The position numbers and the translations under genes are program-made. From assembly GCA_012295275.1 (NCBI GenBank), contig CM022668.1, positions 10,974,001 through 11,038,000 of the forward strand: DNA of 64,000 nucleotides. The letters run 5' to 3'. This document shows, piece after piece, positions 29,672 through 44,291 of this stretch. This DNA comes from Chrysomallon squamiferum (Eukaryota > Animalia > Mollusca). The first letter of the stretch is position 1, and each line of letters begins with the position of its first letter. The notes beneath the pieces were generated by a model that made no database searches, was not told where the DNA came from, and was given only the letters and a program-made list of their open reading frames with translations.

Positions 29672-31813
29672 CAGAAAGACACACACACACACACACACAC
29701 ACAGAGAAAAACCTCTGGTACTGAATGATTATACAATTGTAAAAGAATCAAATTTCAATTAATTAAAAATTGACAGAAAATTTCAAAACAAATAAATTTC
29801 AAAATATTAATAAATACAAAAAGAAATAATAAATACTGATATTAAAAAATCGATTCTATCAAATGACATAACAAATTATTTTTATTTACTGATTTTTGAA
29901 TTATAACAACAATAAGCAAATTAGGCAGGATAGAATAAACAAGTAACTATACAAATAAAGAACGACTTTGAAAGTTTAAAACGATCGAAGGGTTAGTGAG
30001 TACGTCTCACCTATGAGACCTCACTCTAAAATATATTTGTGAACACATATCACTAAAGGGAGATTAAGTCTAATCGACATAATTTTTACTTCGCTTAGTG
30101 AGTACATCTCACATAAGGGACCTAACTCTAATCGATATGATTTTTTCTTTCCTTGGTTTACATATATACAGACAGACAGACGAACCACGACACACACACT
30201 TACACAGAGAAAAACCTCTGGTACTGAATGATTATACAATTGTAAAAGAAACAAAATTCAATTAATTGAAAATTGCCAGAAAATTTAAAAACAAATACAT
30301 TTCAGAATATTAATAAATACAAAAAGAAATAATAAATACTGATATTAAAAAACCGATTCTATCAATTCACACAAAAAACTATTATGTTTTACTGATTTTT
30401 TTATTAAAACAACAATAAGCAAAGTAGACAGGATACACAAGAAATAAGTAAGAAAACAAATAAAGAACGACTTTGAAAGTTTAAAACGATCTAAGGCTTA
30501 GTTAGTACATCTCACGTAAGGGACCTAACTCTAATCGATATGAATTTTTCTTTGCTTTGTTGATATATATACAGACAGACAGACACACCCACACACACAC
30601 ACTTACACAGAGAAAAACCTCTGGTACTGAATGATTATACAATTGTAAAAGAATCAAAATTCAATTAATTAAAAATTGACAGAAAATTTAAAAACAAATA
30701 AATTTCAGAATATTAATAAATACAAAAAGAAATAATAAATACTGATATTAAAAAACCGATTCTATCAAATGACACAAACAATTATTTTATTTACTGATTT
30801 TTTAATTATAACAACAATAAGCAAAGTAGACAGGATAGAGTAAATAAATAAGCAAACAATAAAGAACCACTTTAAAACTTTAAAATAATCGAAGACTTAG
30901 TGAGTACGTCTCACCTATAGGACTTCACTCTAATATATGTTAGTGAACACATATCACTAAAGGGAGATAAGTCTAATCGACATCATTTTTACTTCGCTTA
31001 GTGATTACATCTCACGTAAGGGACCTAACTCTAATCGATATGATTTATTTCTTTGCTTTGTTTATATATATACAGACAGAAAGACACGCGCACACACAAA
31101 CACTTACACAGAGAAAAACCTCTGGTACTGAATCATTATACAATTGTAAAAGGATCAAAATTCAATTAATTAAATATAGCCAGAAAATTTAAAAACAAAT
31201 ACATTTCAGAATATTAATAAATACAAAAAGAAATAATAAATACTGATATTGAAAAATCGATTCTATCAAATGACACAAAACATTATTATATTTACTGATT
31301 TTTTAATTATAACAACAATAAGCAAAGTAGACAGAATAGAGTAAATAAATAAGCGAACAATAAAGAACAACTTTCAAAGTTTAAAACGATCGAAGGCTTA
31401 ATGAGTACATCTCATGTAAGGGGCCTAACTCTAATCGATATGATTTTTTCTTTGCTTTGTTTATATATATACAGACAGACAGACAGACACACCCCGACAC
31501 ACACACTTACACAGAGAAAAACCTCTGGTACTGAATGATTATACAATTGTAAAAGAAACAAAATTCAATTAATTAAAAATTGCCAGAAAATTTAAAAACA
31601 AATAAATTTCAGAATATTAATAAATAGAAAAAGAAATAATAAATACTGATATTAAAAAGCCGATTCTATCAAATGACACAAAATATTATTTTATTTACTG
31701 ATTTTTTAATTATAACAACAATAAGCAAAGTAGACAGGATAGAGTAAATAAATACGCAAACTGTAATCGATATGATTTTTTCTTTGCTTTGTTTATATAC
31801 ATACAGACAGACA

Positions 31814-31876
<63 letters not shown>

Positions 31877-31925
31877 ACACAGAGAAAAACCTCTGGTACT
31901 GAATGCATATACAATTGTAAAAGAA
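28824..31925. repeat. Complex tandem satellite, ~400/500-bp units (~6.5 copies), running into a gap
   Basis: Unit starts (tctatcaa) at about 28824, 29326, 29855, 30358, 30761, 31262, 31665; each has acagagaaaaacctctggtactgaatg and a variable (CA)n. Confidence 0.95.
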
Positions 31926-34779
31926 CAGCAGCAGTTATATACGTTCAAGACGACGCCATTTAAACAGTCCTTGTTTCATACATCTGAATTTAATTAATAA
32001 ACAATAAAATAAAATTAAATTAAATTAAATTAAATTAAATTAAATTAAAACAAATAAATAAATAAATGAATAAATAAATAAATATATAACGAAACAAATA
32101 AATAAATAAAACTGTAAAGCTTTGATGAATATTTTAGCATAAATATACATACGTGTATACATACATAGATTCATACATACATGCATACATGGATACATAC
32201 ATATATTATGATGTTTCTTGTTTCTCGGTTTGTTTGCTTTCTACGATTTTTCTAATTTATAGTACTTTCTTAGCTCACATTTATCCCCGTAGTATTCTTG
32301 TTTGCACGTACATGTGCAAGATATCGTATTCAACACACCGCCATTTTGGCAGACTAGACTGCAATCATCTGTAAGAATAGAATTGAATCAATTTTTATTT
32401 ATGATTCATACAGCATCAGATATCTACGAAAACTAAAAAAATGTTTATTAATAAGATTAATAACTGAAAGATTGTCACTGAAGTTAAACAACAAAAGTCT
32501 ACTTCTGAAAAATACATGAGTGTTGCTATCATCGTTCTGTAGTGAAGTTAGGGCTTAGGGTCCAATCCAAAACATGATACATGGCTAAAACCAGAGTGAA
32601 ATAAAAACAGAATTAACTGGTAATCTGTCACGATGACAGCGAACATGAAATAAACTTTAGTTTCAGATAAATATTCTAAATAAGAGAGACACAATACAAA
32701 TTAATAAATAAATAAAACTAAAAAGGCATAAATCACTGTAATAGATGTGAGAATATAGCCGTATTATGACATGAATTAAAATACTTACTACAGAAATCTC
32801 CTTTTCAGTTGTTCAAACAAGAACAGTTACAGTTATCTGAGTTTAACACTCCGCCATTTAAACAACCCTTGATGCATACATCTGCATTTAAATAATATAT
32901 AAATAAATAAATAAATAAAACTGAAAAGGCATAAGTTATAGTAACTGACGTGAGAATAAAGCCGTATTATGATATGAATTAATATACTTACTACAGAAAT
33001 CTCCTTCCCAGTTGTTCAAACAAGAACAGGTACAGTTATCTGAGTTGAACACATCGCCATTTAAACAGTCCCCGTTGCATACATCTGAATTTAAATAATA
33101 AATAAATAAATAAATATATAAATAAATAAATAAATAAATAAACGTACGAAAGGCAATTCCTTCCCACCTTCAATACAAGAATAAATACAGTCCTGCATAC
33201 TAGAATTGCACCGTTTTTAGACGGAAATCCACACGTACCTGATATATCATTAGAAAGGAATACGTTTTCATCTTGGCTAATAAGGATTGAAATGTTATAG
33301 GAAGGTAAATTATGATTCCTTACTTTTTGTGATCCTATGTAGTTATGATGTTCAGGGACATCCCAAAAAGTTGCTAATTTAAAATGAAAAGTTTGTAATG
33401 GAGTCTTACCAGATTCTCCTTTTCTATTAGTCACCTTCTGAATGTTTACAAATAGTTTATCAATTTTTCCTAATTCTCATTTTGCGCTTCATGCTGAATT
33501 CATTTATCTATTTGAAGTTTTACTCTGAACAGTTATCATTCATTCAAATATTTTACCAAATAAAAATAAACTTACCACAGAGAATGCCTTCCCAGTTGCC
33601 CAGACAAGAACAAGTACAGTCATCAAAGTTTACAGTGGCGCCGTTTGCACATGGTAATCCACATGTACCTGTGACATATTATAAAAACTGTTTAAAGAAA
33701 AGAAAACAAATTTTCCTTAGGAAAAATAATGTTCCTTGCCTACAAAAAGAAATCTTTCTTATTTTATTTCTAAAATATTTAAATTAGATAGATTTATTAA
33801 AATAAACACAACAAGTGCTAAATAATAATCGGAGAAAGATGAAGAAGAAAGAAAACAACAAAAATAACAACAGTTATGCAAATCGTTTTAATTATAACTG
33901 ATTATAATTGCTCGAGATAAATGTAATCATATATAAACTATTCTACGTCTGGTTCTCTCATCTCATTAACATGTCAAGCATCACTGGTTAGAACAACAAA
34001 CAAAAACAGATTGTTAGTATATTTTATAATTCTTGTACCACTTTTGCAACTTTTGTTCTTAAGAGAAAAAAAAATCAATAGAAGACACAAATTACCATCT
34101 AATCTTGAATGAATATTTAACAACACATTTTCTTATCGTCTTCGCACGATTTTATGTACAATGTTGAACCAGAGTAATAGCTGAAAGGGAAAACTGAAGA
34201 ATACAAATAACAATAGTCGTCTTCATGTTCTACTGCAGTACACGTGTCATTATTATATCCGTTTTGTGTGTCACACAACATTCTACAATCTTCACGTGTA
34301 TAGGAATCTCCAAGTTCTAGATAGAAGTCATCTCCATATATGCCTGGGATAATCATGTACTCACAACCAGGTATAGCTGGAAATACACAGAGTATAAAAA
34401 CAAGCAAATAAACAATGCTTTACTGTGTAAAGAAAATATGAGAACAAATCAACAATGCTTTACATTTTTCTAAACAAAATACTAAAAGAAATAAATAGTT
34501 CAGTCTGCTTAAAGACAAACAGCAAGAAAAATAAGATCTTACTGTGTTTAAATAAAACTAATAAACAAAATCATTTACCATTTCTGAAAAAAAATTAAAA
34601 TAAAAAAAAAAATTAAAAAAAAACCCTCCCCCCAAACAACAGCAACTAATCTTTCTGTTGTTTAAATAGAAATAAAAAGAAAATGAAATCTTACTGCTGG
34701 AGACTCTTTCCATCGCAGACGACGCCAGAAGGAAACATCCCACCAAAAAAATTTGTAATGCAATGTCTTTCTGATTCAT
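31922..34779 (-). pseudogene. Gene D: disrupted paralog (SP - PAN - EGF repeats), 3' end lost
   Basis: Exons 34779-34695 (signal), 34376-34137 (PAN; donor GT>AT), 33668-33576, 33238-33148 (91-bp dead exon), 33084-32992, 32881-32789 (TGG>TGA at 32805-32807), 32368-32270 (donor GT>GA), 31983-~31922 (EGF fragment with TGA, cut by satellite). No ShK or terminal exon seen. Confidence 0.85.
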
Positions 34780-34983
34780 GGTTATTGTAAATAAAATCGT
34801 TAACATCAGACTGCATTATTTAAGGAGATTTTAAATGTCAGTCAAACAATTTGTTTCTGCCTATTTTCAAGGAGCTTATGAAAACTGAAATATGACTGGT
34901 TGTTCAAGTGTCCAATTTAAATACACAGAGACACTTATCTATTTATTAATATGGATCTGCGTTTTTATCCAGGTCTGTATGTA

Positions 34984-35041
<58 letters not shown>

Positions 35042-35275
35042 TTTATGTATATAGATATGTATGCGTGTATGCATATGTGTGTATTGTATGGACGTTTCTG
35101 TTTCTATATGTGTATACATATATTTGTATGTGTGTATAAACGTATGTAAGAATGCATTCAAATGTTCTTGTTCTTACATATATTTATGAATGAAGGGATG
35201 GATGTATATAAAAGGTGTAATAACTATAATAATAATAATAACAATAGCAAAAGCCAAAACAGCAATAATGATAAC

Positions 35276-35327
<52 letters not shown>

Positions 35328-38300
35328 TAATAATAATAATATTAATAATAATAATAATGAAACTTAATGAATTTATCTTTTTCTTTATTTCCCTTTTCAA
35401 TTGTTTTATTATTAATGTTATTATTTTCTTTTAATTTTTTTTTTTTTGAGAGCGAAATTACTGCTACTACTACTAATACTACTACTCTCTATTTTAAATG
35501 ATTAATTTATTTATTAAAAGAGCTATTTTTAAGAAGAGACTTAATGCAAATCTCAGCTACTGATGGCTCTGTTCTACGTATCAATTAACTTAGAATAAAA
35601 GATACAACTTTACTTTGACAGACTTTGAGATTAATTTCATTTTGATTGATTTTCATTTAAAAAAGTCAGTGAACCAATGTGTACAGCTGTTCTGTCATGC
35701 TGAGTTTAACTGACGATGAAAAGAGACACATTTGCGCCCTGTGATTCTAATATCAGTAATACATAGAAAGAGCAAACAATAATACTTTCTATTTCGTCCG
35801 ATTAATTTATTTATTAAAAACATTATTTTCAGTGGGGTCGTATAATAATTAATCAATTAAGTAATTAATAAATAAATAATAACAATAATAATAAAAATAA
35901 TAATAATAATAAAAACAACAACAACAACAACGACAACAACTACAACAACCACAACAAAGAAGAACATTACACTTTCCATGGTGTGAATCATTATTGTTGT
36001 TGTTGCTGTGTTGTTGTATTCGTCAGTGATGGGGATTGCTTTCAGAAACTAGAGATATACTGAAAGCGGTGAGGCTGGGCTTGGAAACGGGTGAATGAAA
36101 AAATATTTAAAATGACCAAAGTTCTACATTTGTATGTGTAATATCCGTTTAAATCATAGACAACATCCAGTTTTAATCATTGTGTCGTGTTGTTTAACAC
36201 ACATACAAACAAACAACATTGTATGAAGAGTATGTTTCGTTTTAAGTGTGATAGTTAAATACGTACATGAACTTATACCTTCTTGTGTCTTGCACTTCAT
36301 TTTGATGAGTATATTGTGTGTATATATGTATTTGTCTGCGTTTTTAATAGCATAAAAACCGTTAAACTTAAATTTATTAAGAATTAAAATTACTGATATT
36401 TCCTCTCTTCATAGTTCTTCACGACGTGGTTGCCAAATACGTGTACAAAATAATGCATTAGTAGTTCCACCATTCACACACTGTCGTTCATAAACATCAT
36501 GTATGTCAAATGTAATTCAAATTATTAACGTTTAAAAGTTCCCTCACTTGTCAAAAAAAAAAAATAATAATAATAAAAAATAAGATATATCAGATAAACC
36601 AACACTAACTAAATAATAACAGTAACATATATAAACCAAGTCTTATTAATGTTTAAAAGCAAACACAAATAATCCACTTGATTTTTAGAATAAAGAGTGT
36701 TCTGAAAGTTTAAATATAAACGATAAAACAAGTAAAAGAAGCTTTAGTCCTAAAACAAATCAAAAATAGACATGAACGTAGTTCTATTCTTTTCAAATAA
36801 ACCTAACCAAATCGTACTCACGTTTTAATAAAACAATAAGCCAAAACACAATATATCTACGGCTGTTTAAATAACACAATAAAATAAATAAATTAATTGT
36901 TACTAAATTCTGAGTAAAACAACGGAATAACATAAGCTATGCATATGTATGTAATCATATATGTATATAAGTATGTATGTATGTAGGTAGGTATTTATAT
37001 AGGTAGGTATATATGTATGTATGTATGCATCTAAATATGTATAAGTGTATACGTAACATCAAATATATATTACTAAGGAAAAATAAAACGAATAAAGTAA
37101 TTGTTACTAAATTCTAAATAAAGCAATGAAATAAGAGAAAGCACACTATATTTAAATAAAACAAAATCTTACTGATTAATCTAAAACAGTTCCATAATCA
37201 GCAGTGCTTTGCTGGTCTTTAAATATAACAATTAAACAATTAATTAAATAAAGAATGTTTTACTGCTGTTTAAATATAACAGTGAAACAAAATTATTATT
37301 GGATATTAATAAGCTACTCTTTATAAGGAACTGAAACTATGTATCTGTCTATCTATTTAGATATGTATTTCATTGTTATAACTATTCCTGAAAATGTTTC
37401 TAAAAGAGTATATCGCTTAAGAAAAGTTATTGTTTGATTTCATTCATGTCAGGGATGAAAATGGGTTTTAATATTTGTCCTCCAACAACAAACTCAATTT
37501 TCAGATTAGGTTCTCCGAACATAAAATATGTCATCTCTTATCAGAGTTTAAACTCAAGGGATTAAAACAGCTGTGCGCAGTGTTTGATTTACTTTCCAAT
37601 CCAAGCCTCACAGATGTCGGCAAAAGCAATTACCATCACTGAAGAAAACCAAAAGATAAAACAAATATTGTTAAACTCAGTTTTTATTAACAGCTGGCTT
37701 TCGTTTATCTCAGAAGAATAAATGTTCAATGTTTGTATGTATAGAACATTACTGTGTTATCAGAGTTGAAACTCAGTGTCATAGAACAGATGTTCTGAAT
37801 TTTTAATTTATTTTTCAAAACTGAAACGAACAAAGGTGAAATTATCTGTGTCATTCTCTGAAGATTTGACATTAAATCTCTACTAGTGAAAATATTCATT
37901 TTAATAAACAAATTAATCACAAGAATTGGAAAATTATAGTAGCAGTAGTTGTAACAGCACAATTTTATAGTAATCATAATGACGTCTTTCTCTAAATAAA
38001 TAAAAATATATAAAAAAATTAAATTGTAAAAATAAAAGTTATTATTACTATATGTTATCATTTTTAAGCAGTGTTATTTATATTGCATTCAATAATAGTA
38101 GTTACCATTTACTTAACATGTAGTTCATTCCTGTGATTTATTAGTTTAATAATTTTCATTCTGTTCTGAGAAACACTACAGTACGGCACATTTAGTTAAT
38201 CTTAGTGTTTTAAGTGATAATGAAGGTAATAATACACATGCGAACGAACGTAATCATTTCTTTTAAAAAGTAATCAAAATAGAAAAACAAAAACACAGCA

Positions 38301-41300
38301 ACAACATCAATAATTACGCCAGAACTCACCTATACGTACGAAACAAACAAATACATCTACAAACGAAAAAATCTAAAGGAAAAAATCTAAAGGAAAAACT
38401 AAACTAAACAAAAATAAAATAAATTGTTATTATTATTACTATTTTTATTTTATAAAAGTGTCCTAATGAAAAAAACAAAACAAAAAAAACAACATTTTTA
38501 TAAATAAATTAATCAGAGGAAAGAGAAAGTATTATTTGTATTACAATCACATTACACAAACACGTTTTTTTTTATTGTCTGATAAACTCAGCGTGAGAAA
38601 ACAGCTATACAAAGGGATTCACTGACTTTTTAAAATAAAAATCAATGAATACGAAAATAATTTTAAAATCTTTCATAGGAAAATTTTCTCTTTTCTTTTA
38701 TGTGATTTGATATTTAGAACAGATACGTCAGTAGCTGAGATTTGACAGTAAATCTCTGGTTTCAAAAGTAGCTATTTTAATACGTAAATTAATCATATAA
38801 AATAGAAAGTAGTAGTTGCATTAGTAGTAAAAGTAGTAATCACTTCTCTCCTACTCAAAAGTATTAATCATAATAATAAAAAAAAATTGTATGCATATTA
38901 AAAACATCTAGCTTATCTGAAGGAGACAAGTCGGAGGACGAAATTGCAAGACAAGTATTATTCTCCTATATCGTGTAACACAGACAAAGAATAATCAAAT
39001 ATTCACCTCTTCTGTAAGCGAAATCTGAGTGCATGTGTGTGGGTTGATGTACACAGGTGTATATGCATGTGTGAATGTGTATACGAGCATGTACATATTA
39101 AAGTATGTAAATATGTAGGTATGTATGTGTGTGTCTGTGTATGTATGTATGTATACTTGATATGTTTTTTATCTATGTCATTTTATGAGAATATGTATGA
39201 AGGTATGTGTGGGTCTGTTTTTTCTATGTGTGTAACTGAATGTATGTATATGAGTGCATGAGTATCTATATTTTTGTCAAGTTATTCATATTTCAATATA
39301 AATATACACATATGCATATATATATGTGAATACGTATCTATGTATCTATGTATATCTGTATGTATGTGTGTACGTAGTTTCGTTATCACACGTGTTGTAT
39401 CTTGTAATTAAATCTGGTTACTACTCGTCTTGTCTGGTGAGCGGTTTCTCTTTCCTATCAAGTAAAATGAATGCTAAGAAAGATAATCACAGCTGGAGTG
39501 GAATTAAATATAAAGATACGCGTATAAATTAAACCCTACGTTAATGCACAACGACCATTACTCACTGAAAAACAGTGGTGCGAAATAAATATGTAGATAT
39601 TTGTAAATATTCGAGTATTATTGGTTTGTTTGTTTGTTTATTTAGTTCTGTCTTTCTTTCTATATTATTATTATTGTTGTTGTTGTTGTTATTGTTGCTA
39701 CTGTTAGTATTATTATAAGTAGTTGTTGTAGTAGTATAGGAATCAGATATTCAATATAGTAATGTAGAAAATAAGGAGTTTATAGTCTGTGTGAACTAAA
39801 CACATTACAGCAAAGTTTGTGACAAGTACAAATGTTGAAACCTTAAAGTACACTGTTACTTTTGAATCGCTTATTTGATGGATTCTGAGAAAATGTGAGC
39901 GGCTCCTTATGATATAAGTTCCTATGTACGACAGGAACTGACTCAATGTTTATTCAGTTGTATTTATTTACTAAGAGTCATAATTCAAAACACATGATAT
40001 AAAACTTTACTTCGGATGTATTAGAAAAAACAAGAAACAAAAACGAAATAATGTATCAGTTAAAACTCAGAATGAAATTTTTGAAATTTAATACCATAAT
40101 TGTCTTGACACTTAAATCTAACCCTAATACTAACCCTACTACTAACCCTAACCCTAACTATTTTGATCTTATGAGATGTAGAATAGATTGAGTATTAAGT
40201 ATGACCACGTATGAAACTTTTAGTGATGACGTTCTGAAGAGCATCTGTTACAACTAACAAATTAATTTACAATTCAACAGTCGATATAAAAATACAACAA
40301 ACGTTTACGTACACTGATTTTATTTGCTTCAAGTCCTATTTGATTTTAAACTTCTGTCGTCAAAGGACGGAATAAATAAAATCAGCAGTGTGTGTTAACA
40401 GATATCACAGTATGCAGATTGCTTTACACAGAGATATTCAAATTAAGAATTTCTTCTGTTGACATAAACAATGTTAACTGATTTTATTAATAGTTAATTT
40501 ATGATCAGACGTTCCGCCACCAAGTCAACCTTCTCTCTCTATATATATATGTATATATATATATATATATCTGTATGGATGTATGAATCTATAATGTATA
40601 TATATTCAGGCATTTCTACGTATTTATGTTTGTACGTATGTGTGTATATATTTATTTGCATATGTACATGTGTCTGCGTGTGTGTTTACGTGTGTGTATG
40701 ATATGTATGTATATATCTATCTATATATTTATGTTTGCTTGTGTGTTTATATGTTTGCGTTTATGTTACATAGAGTGGCATGATGGTATAAAAATAAAAG
40801 ACAACAAAATAAAATAAATATTACCTGCATGTTATAAAATGTCAGAGGATCTTAAGTTAAGAAATTACATCGATGACCATTACGCCATTCTAGATGAGTT
40901 AGAAAGAAACTTTACTTTAGAATCATAGAAAACTTTGTAGTTATATAACAAAATGTCACCATCTTCTGCCATTTGTATTTTATTTTACTACATCTAATGT
41001 AAAATATACGTATTTGTAACTGCGTATATTTGTACAGAACAAAATAATTCAAATTGTATGTTCCTAGGCAAATTTGATCGAAATGTTTACCGATATCTGA
41101 GAAAAACCAGAATACCATCTTCAGAAATGGCCGCCAAAAGTTTCCAACGCACCCAGTCTGAGGCTTAAGACAGAATCTTTTCAGCAAATTCGTATGGAAA
41201 TTCAGTCTAGATTCATGCAGTAAGAATTCCTGTATGACGTCATTCTATGTCATGGATACCCATATTCTTAATAATCATAAAGATACTATAGTTACGTTAC

Positions 41301-41829
41301 GTGTCAAATACGCAATAATGAAAAGCAATATAAATTACCAAAATACAACTAAATAATTTCATGCACTACCAGAACACGTACTCAGTCGTTCTCGGAACTT
41401 TGGTCCGATCAAACGCAAGAGTCATTCCCCTTGTCTATGAATCCATTAAATTACCTATTTGTAACGAATATGCTATACACTCCCAATTCATATACAAACA
41501 CATTTATATAAACGGAATAGAAAGTTTGATTTCTATGTGAAAATAGCAATAACGACAAAAACAACAACAGAAAGAACAATAACAATCACAAATAACAATA
41601 ATAATGATAATAACAATAATATTAACATTAACAGTAACGCTGATAATGATGACAAATAAATTAGTAAATCTTTGATGCACTGACATGGATTGTTATTTCA
41701 TAATCGTACAATTTTTAAATAAACAATAACTGTGTTGAGGTGATTGATATTTAAAGATGTAATATAGTAAATGTTTCTCTTAATTAGTTCTGGAAGTGGT
41801 ACTATACTAGTACAGCATTATAATTGTCT

Positions 41830-41990
41830 TAAATTTTACATAAAAACGTTCCAGAATACGGCAGCACACATTGTGAATAGGAAACCACCTCACCATCACG
41901 TATCGCCAGTACTGAAGGAACCTGACTGGTTGCCTCTCTACTGCAGGTTAGAATGCAAGCTCCTTGAACGATCATTCCCTAGGGATAAGC
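41830..41990 (+). mobile_element. CR1/L2-type LINE ORF2 3' fragment (paralogous copy)
   Basis: FQNTAAHIVNRKPPHHHVSPVLKEPDWLPLYCRLECKLL; flanks ~41060-42450 align with ~27200-28560. Confidence 0.7.
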
Positions 41991-42489
41991 CAAATCCCGC
42001 GAGCCTGAGGTTGGAAAGGTGTGAGACTGTCTCTGGGAATCCCTACATGATAATTTATGTTTGATCGGAAAATGGAGGGCAGATAATAAAAAGTATTTTT
42101 CATCACTGAGGTGAATACAATCACGCAATTAATTTTATTAATCCTTTTTGCAAAACTGTTTTAAAGCACGTTAATAGAAAGGAAATATTTTTAAAATGTT
42201 TTTATAGATCTCATATATCACACAAACACAGACACATATTCAGAATATTTAAATATTTATGATATGCAATTTTGTAATTCCTTTGAAGGAATTTATTTCC
42301 TGGTGCAATACTAATATATTTATTCTCATAATACAATAATTTATTGTTATTTTGGAGAAAGCTAAATGAAACTGATTAGAACAAAAAACTATAGCTATTG
42401 TAAGAATGTTAATCAACATAAAATCACTCTGATATTCTTATAAATCAGACTCAAAAGAAATAGCTTTCATAAATTGAGCAAATCACTCT

Positions 42490-43410
42490 TTAGGCACAAA
42501 AGAAAAAACAGCCAGGTAAATTGTTTCAAGTTAGCACTGACAGCTGCATTCCGTCCTGGGAACAACTGGATAGTGTAAAGATCTGTGCAATGGTCCAACA
42601 CTCCATCCCTGGAGACGAACATAGTAAAACATAAAAAAACGAACTATAACACTAATCATTATTGATGAATAGTACCCAGAAACATGAAGGACTCATCTAT
42701 ATTGTTGTGGATCAGAAACAAATGCAGTGTGAAATGGAAGTGCTGGAATACACATCATGGATCCTAGAGGATACACAAAGGAGGAACATCGTCAAACAGA
42801 GAAACTTTACACAAACTATGTTGCAGGTCGAGGCTTTCATTTACGCAGTCAACATCATCAGATTAAGAGATAACTGCTCACATGTTGTCTTCCTCACAGA
42901 GGCTCTCTCTGTCCCCCAGTCTCTTGAAAATAACAAGGTAGACAGGGTTTCAGAAGAGCTACACCCTATCAGTAGTGTCAACCAAGCTCACTGTGGCAAT
43001 AAGAATGCAGACAAACCTGTTAGAGCAGGTGCAAGTAATGAACAGGAGGATAACTGGGTGACATATGAAGAGAAGATATCTCGTACTAAATCTCTCTATA
43101 GACCTGCCAAACAAACCGATGACCATCACCTGCTCTCCCGCCACGAACGAGTCACCATTTTCCGATTAAGCACTGGACACATTGATTAGAACCAACACAT
43201 GCTTAGGAGGTTCCGGCTGATATCTTCTTCCATGTGCTCGTGTGGAAAAACAGAACAGACGACTGGGTTTATCATTCAAAACTGCACAGTTAAGGCAGAC
43301 TTCTGGGTAAGTACAACAACTCTCCATTAAAAGCAGTATGGCACAATAACTGATCTACAGAGTACAGTATGGTTCACTGCTGGCCTTCATGTGTAGCAAG
43401 AAGCGAAAGA
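42490..43410 (+). mobile_element. Non-LTR retrotransposon 3' end with degenerate RNase H domain
   Basis: ORF 42662-43189 contains VVFLTEALSV, AHCGNKNAD, LSRHERVTIFRLSTGH, followed by CSCGKTEQT..IQNC: RNase H and zinc-knuckle motifs of RNase H-bearing LINEs. Confidence 0.8.
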
Positions 43411-43784
43411 AAAAACCCAAAATCAAATCGAAGTATATATGTGTCTGATTCTTCTACAGGTAGAACGAAAGTAAAAAAATCAAAAACAAATAATAATAAA
43501 AAAATAAATCAATAAATAAATAATATTGTGAACAAAGGAGATGCTGAAATAAACAAATAATAAACGAAAAAATCAAAGAAAGAGTGACACAAGTGACATC
43601 AGTAAAATATTTTATACTTTTAATTGTTAGTGAAGTAACGTGATGAAAATTAAAATAGATAAAAATATAATTAAACGTGTAAGGCCTCTAATGAAACATG
43701 TCTGATTAAATGTTCACTCAAATGCTCATCTCTGTTCAGACGTGGTCCTTTCAGTGACATAATAATAATAATAATAACAACAAC

Positions 43785-43845
<61 letters not shown>

Positions 43846-43988
43846 TTAATAATAATAATTTAAATTACTTTTTTCGTTTTTTTTTCTTTCTCTGTTTTGA
43901 GCGTTTTCTATTGTATATAAATCAGACAATCGACAACGACAACCAATCAGCTAAGAAACAAACAAACTACCTGACAGACTGCAGATTA

Positions 43989-44291
43989 TTAACAGATATG
44001 CGAACACACGTTGTGGTGTTTATCACAAAACATATGCATCGATTCACGAGCAACATGCATCCGTAAATGCTCACACATAAAAGAAAACACCTGTAATGCA
44101 AAAATACGGAGGAAATGAATGTCTTTATGTTCGTTTGCTTACTTTAGCATTAAGCTACTTATCATTCCCTTTGCACTAACATTATATCCAGTTACACTTA
44201 CTGCAGGATTTCCCTGTCCACTTTCCTGAGCAGGAGCAGCTACAGTCTTCGTTAAATGTTCCGCCGTTTAGACACAGTGGATTGCATATAT
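43989..44291 (-). pseudogene. Relic G: divergent family member, one EGF-like exon plus terminal His/Cys exon
   Basis: Exon 44291-44202 DICNPLCLNGGTFNEDCSCSCSGKWTGKSC with tag/gtaagt sites; exon 44090-43989 encodes MCEHLRMHVARESMHMFCDKHHNVCSHIC*, matching the terminal-exon motif but out of phase with the EGF exon. Confidence 0.7.

Noticed and set aside
29022-31963. Repeated ORFs MFLLQLYNHSVPEVFLCV...
   Set aside because: Translations of satellite units; frame is not conserved between units.
31976-32807. In-frame TGA codons in gene D as selenocysteine
   Set aside because: One replaces Trp, the other is in a truncated exon; the gene also has two broken donors and no SECIS was recognised.
40115-40160. 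Telomere-like (CCCTAA) words, also at ~24415-24440 and ~61748-61790
   Set aside because: Only 2-4 degenerate units inside a duplicated block; not a telomere or fusion site.
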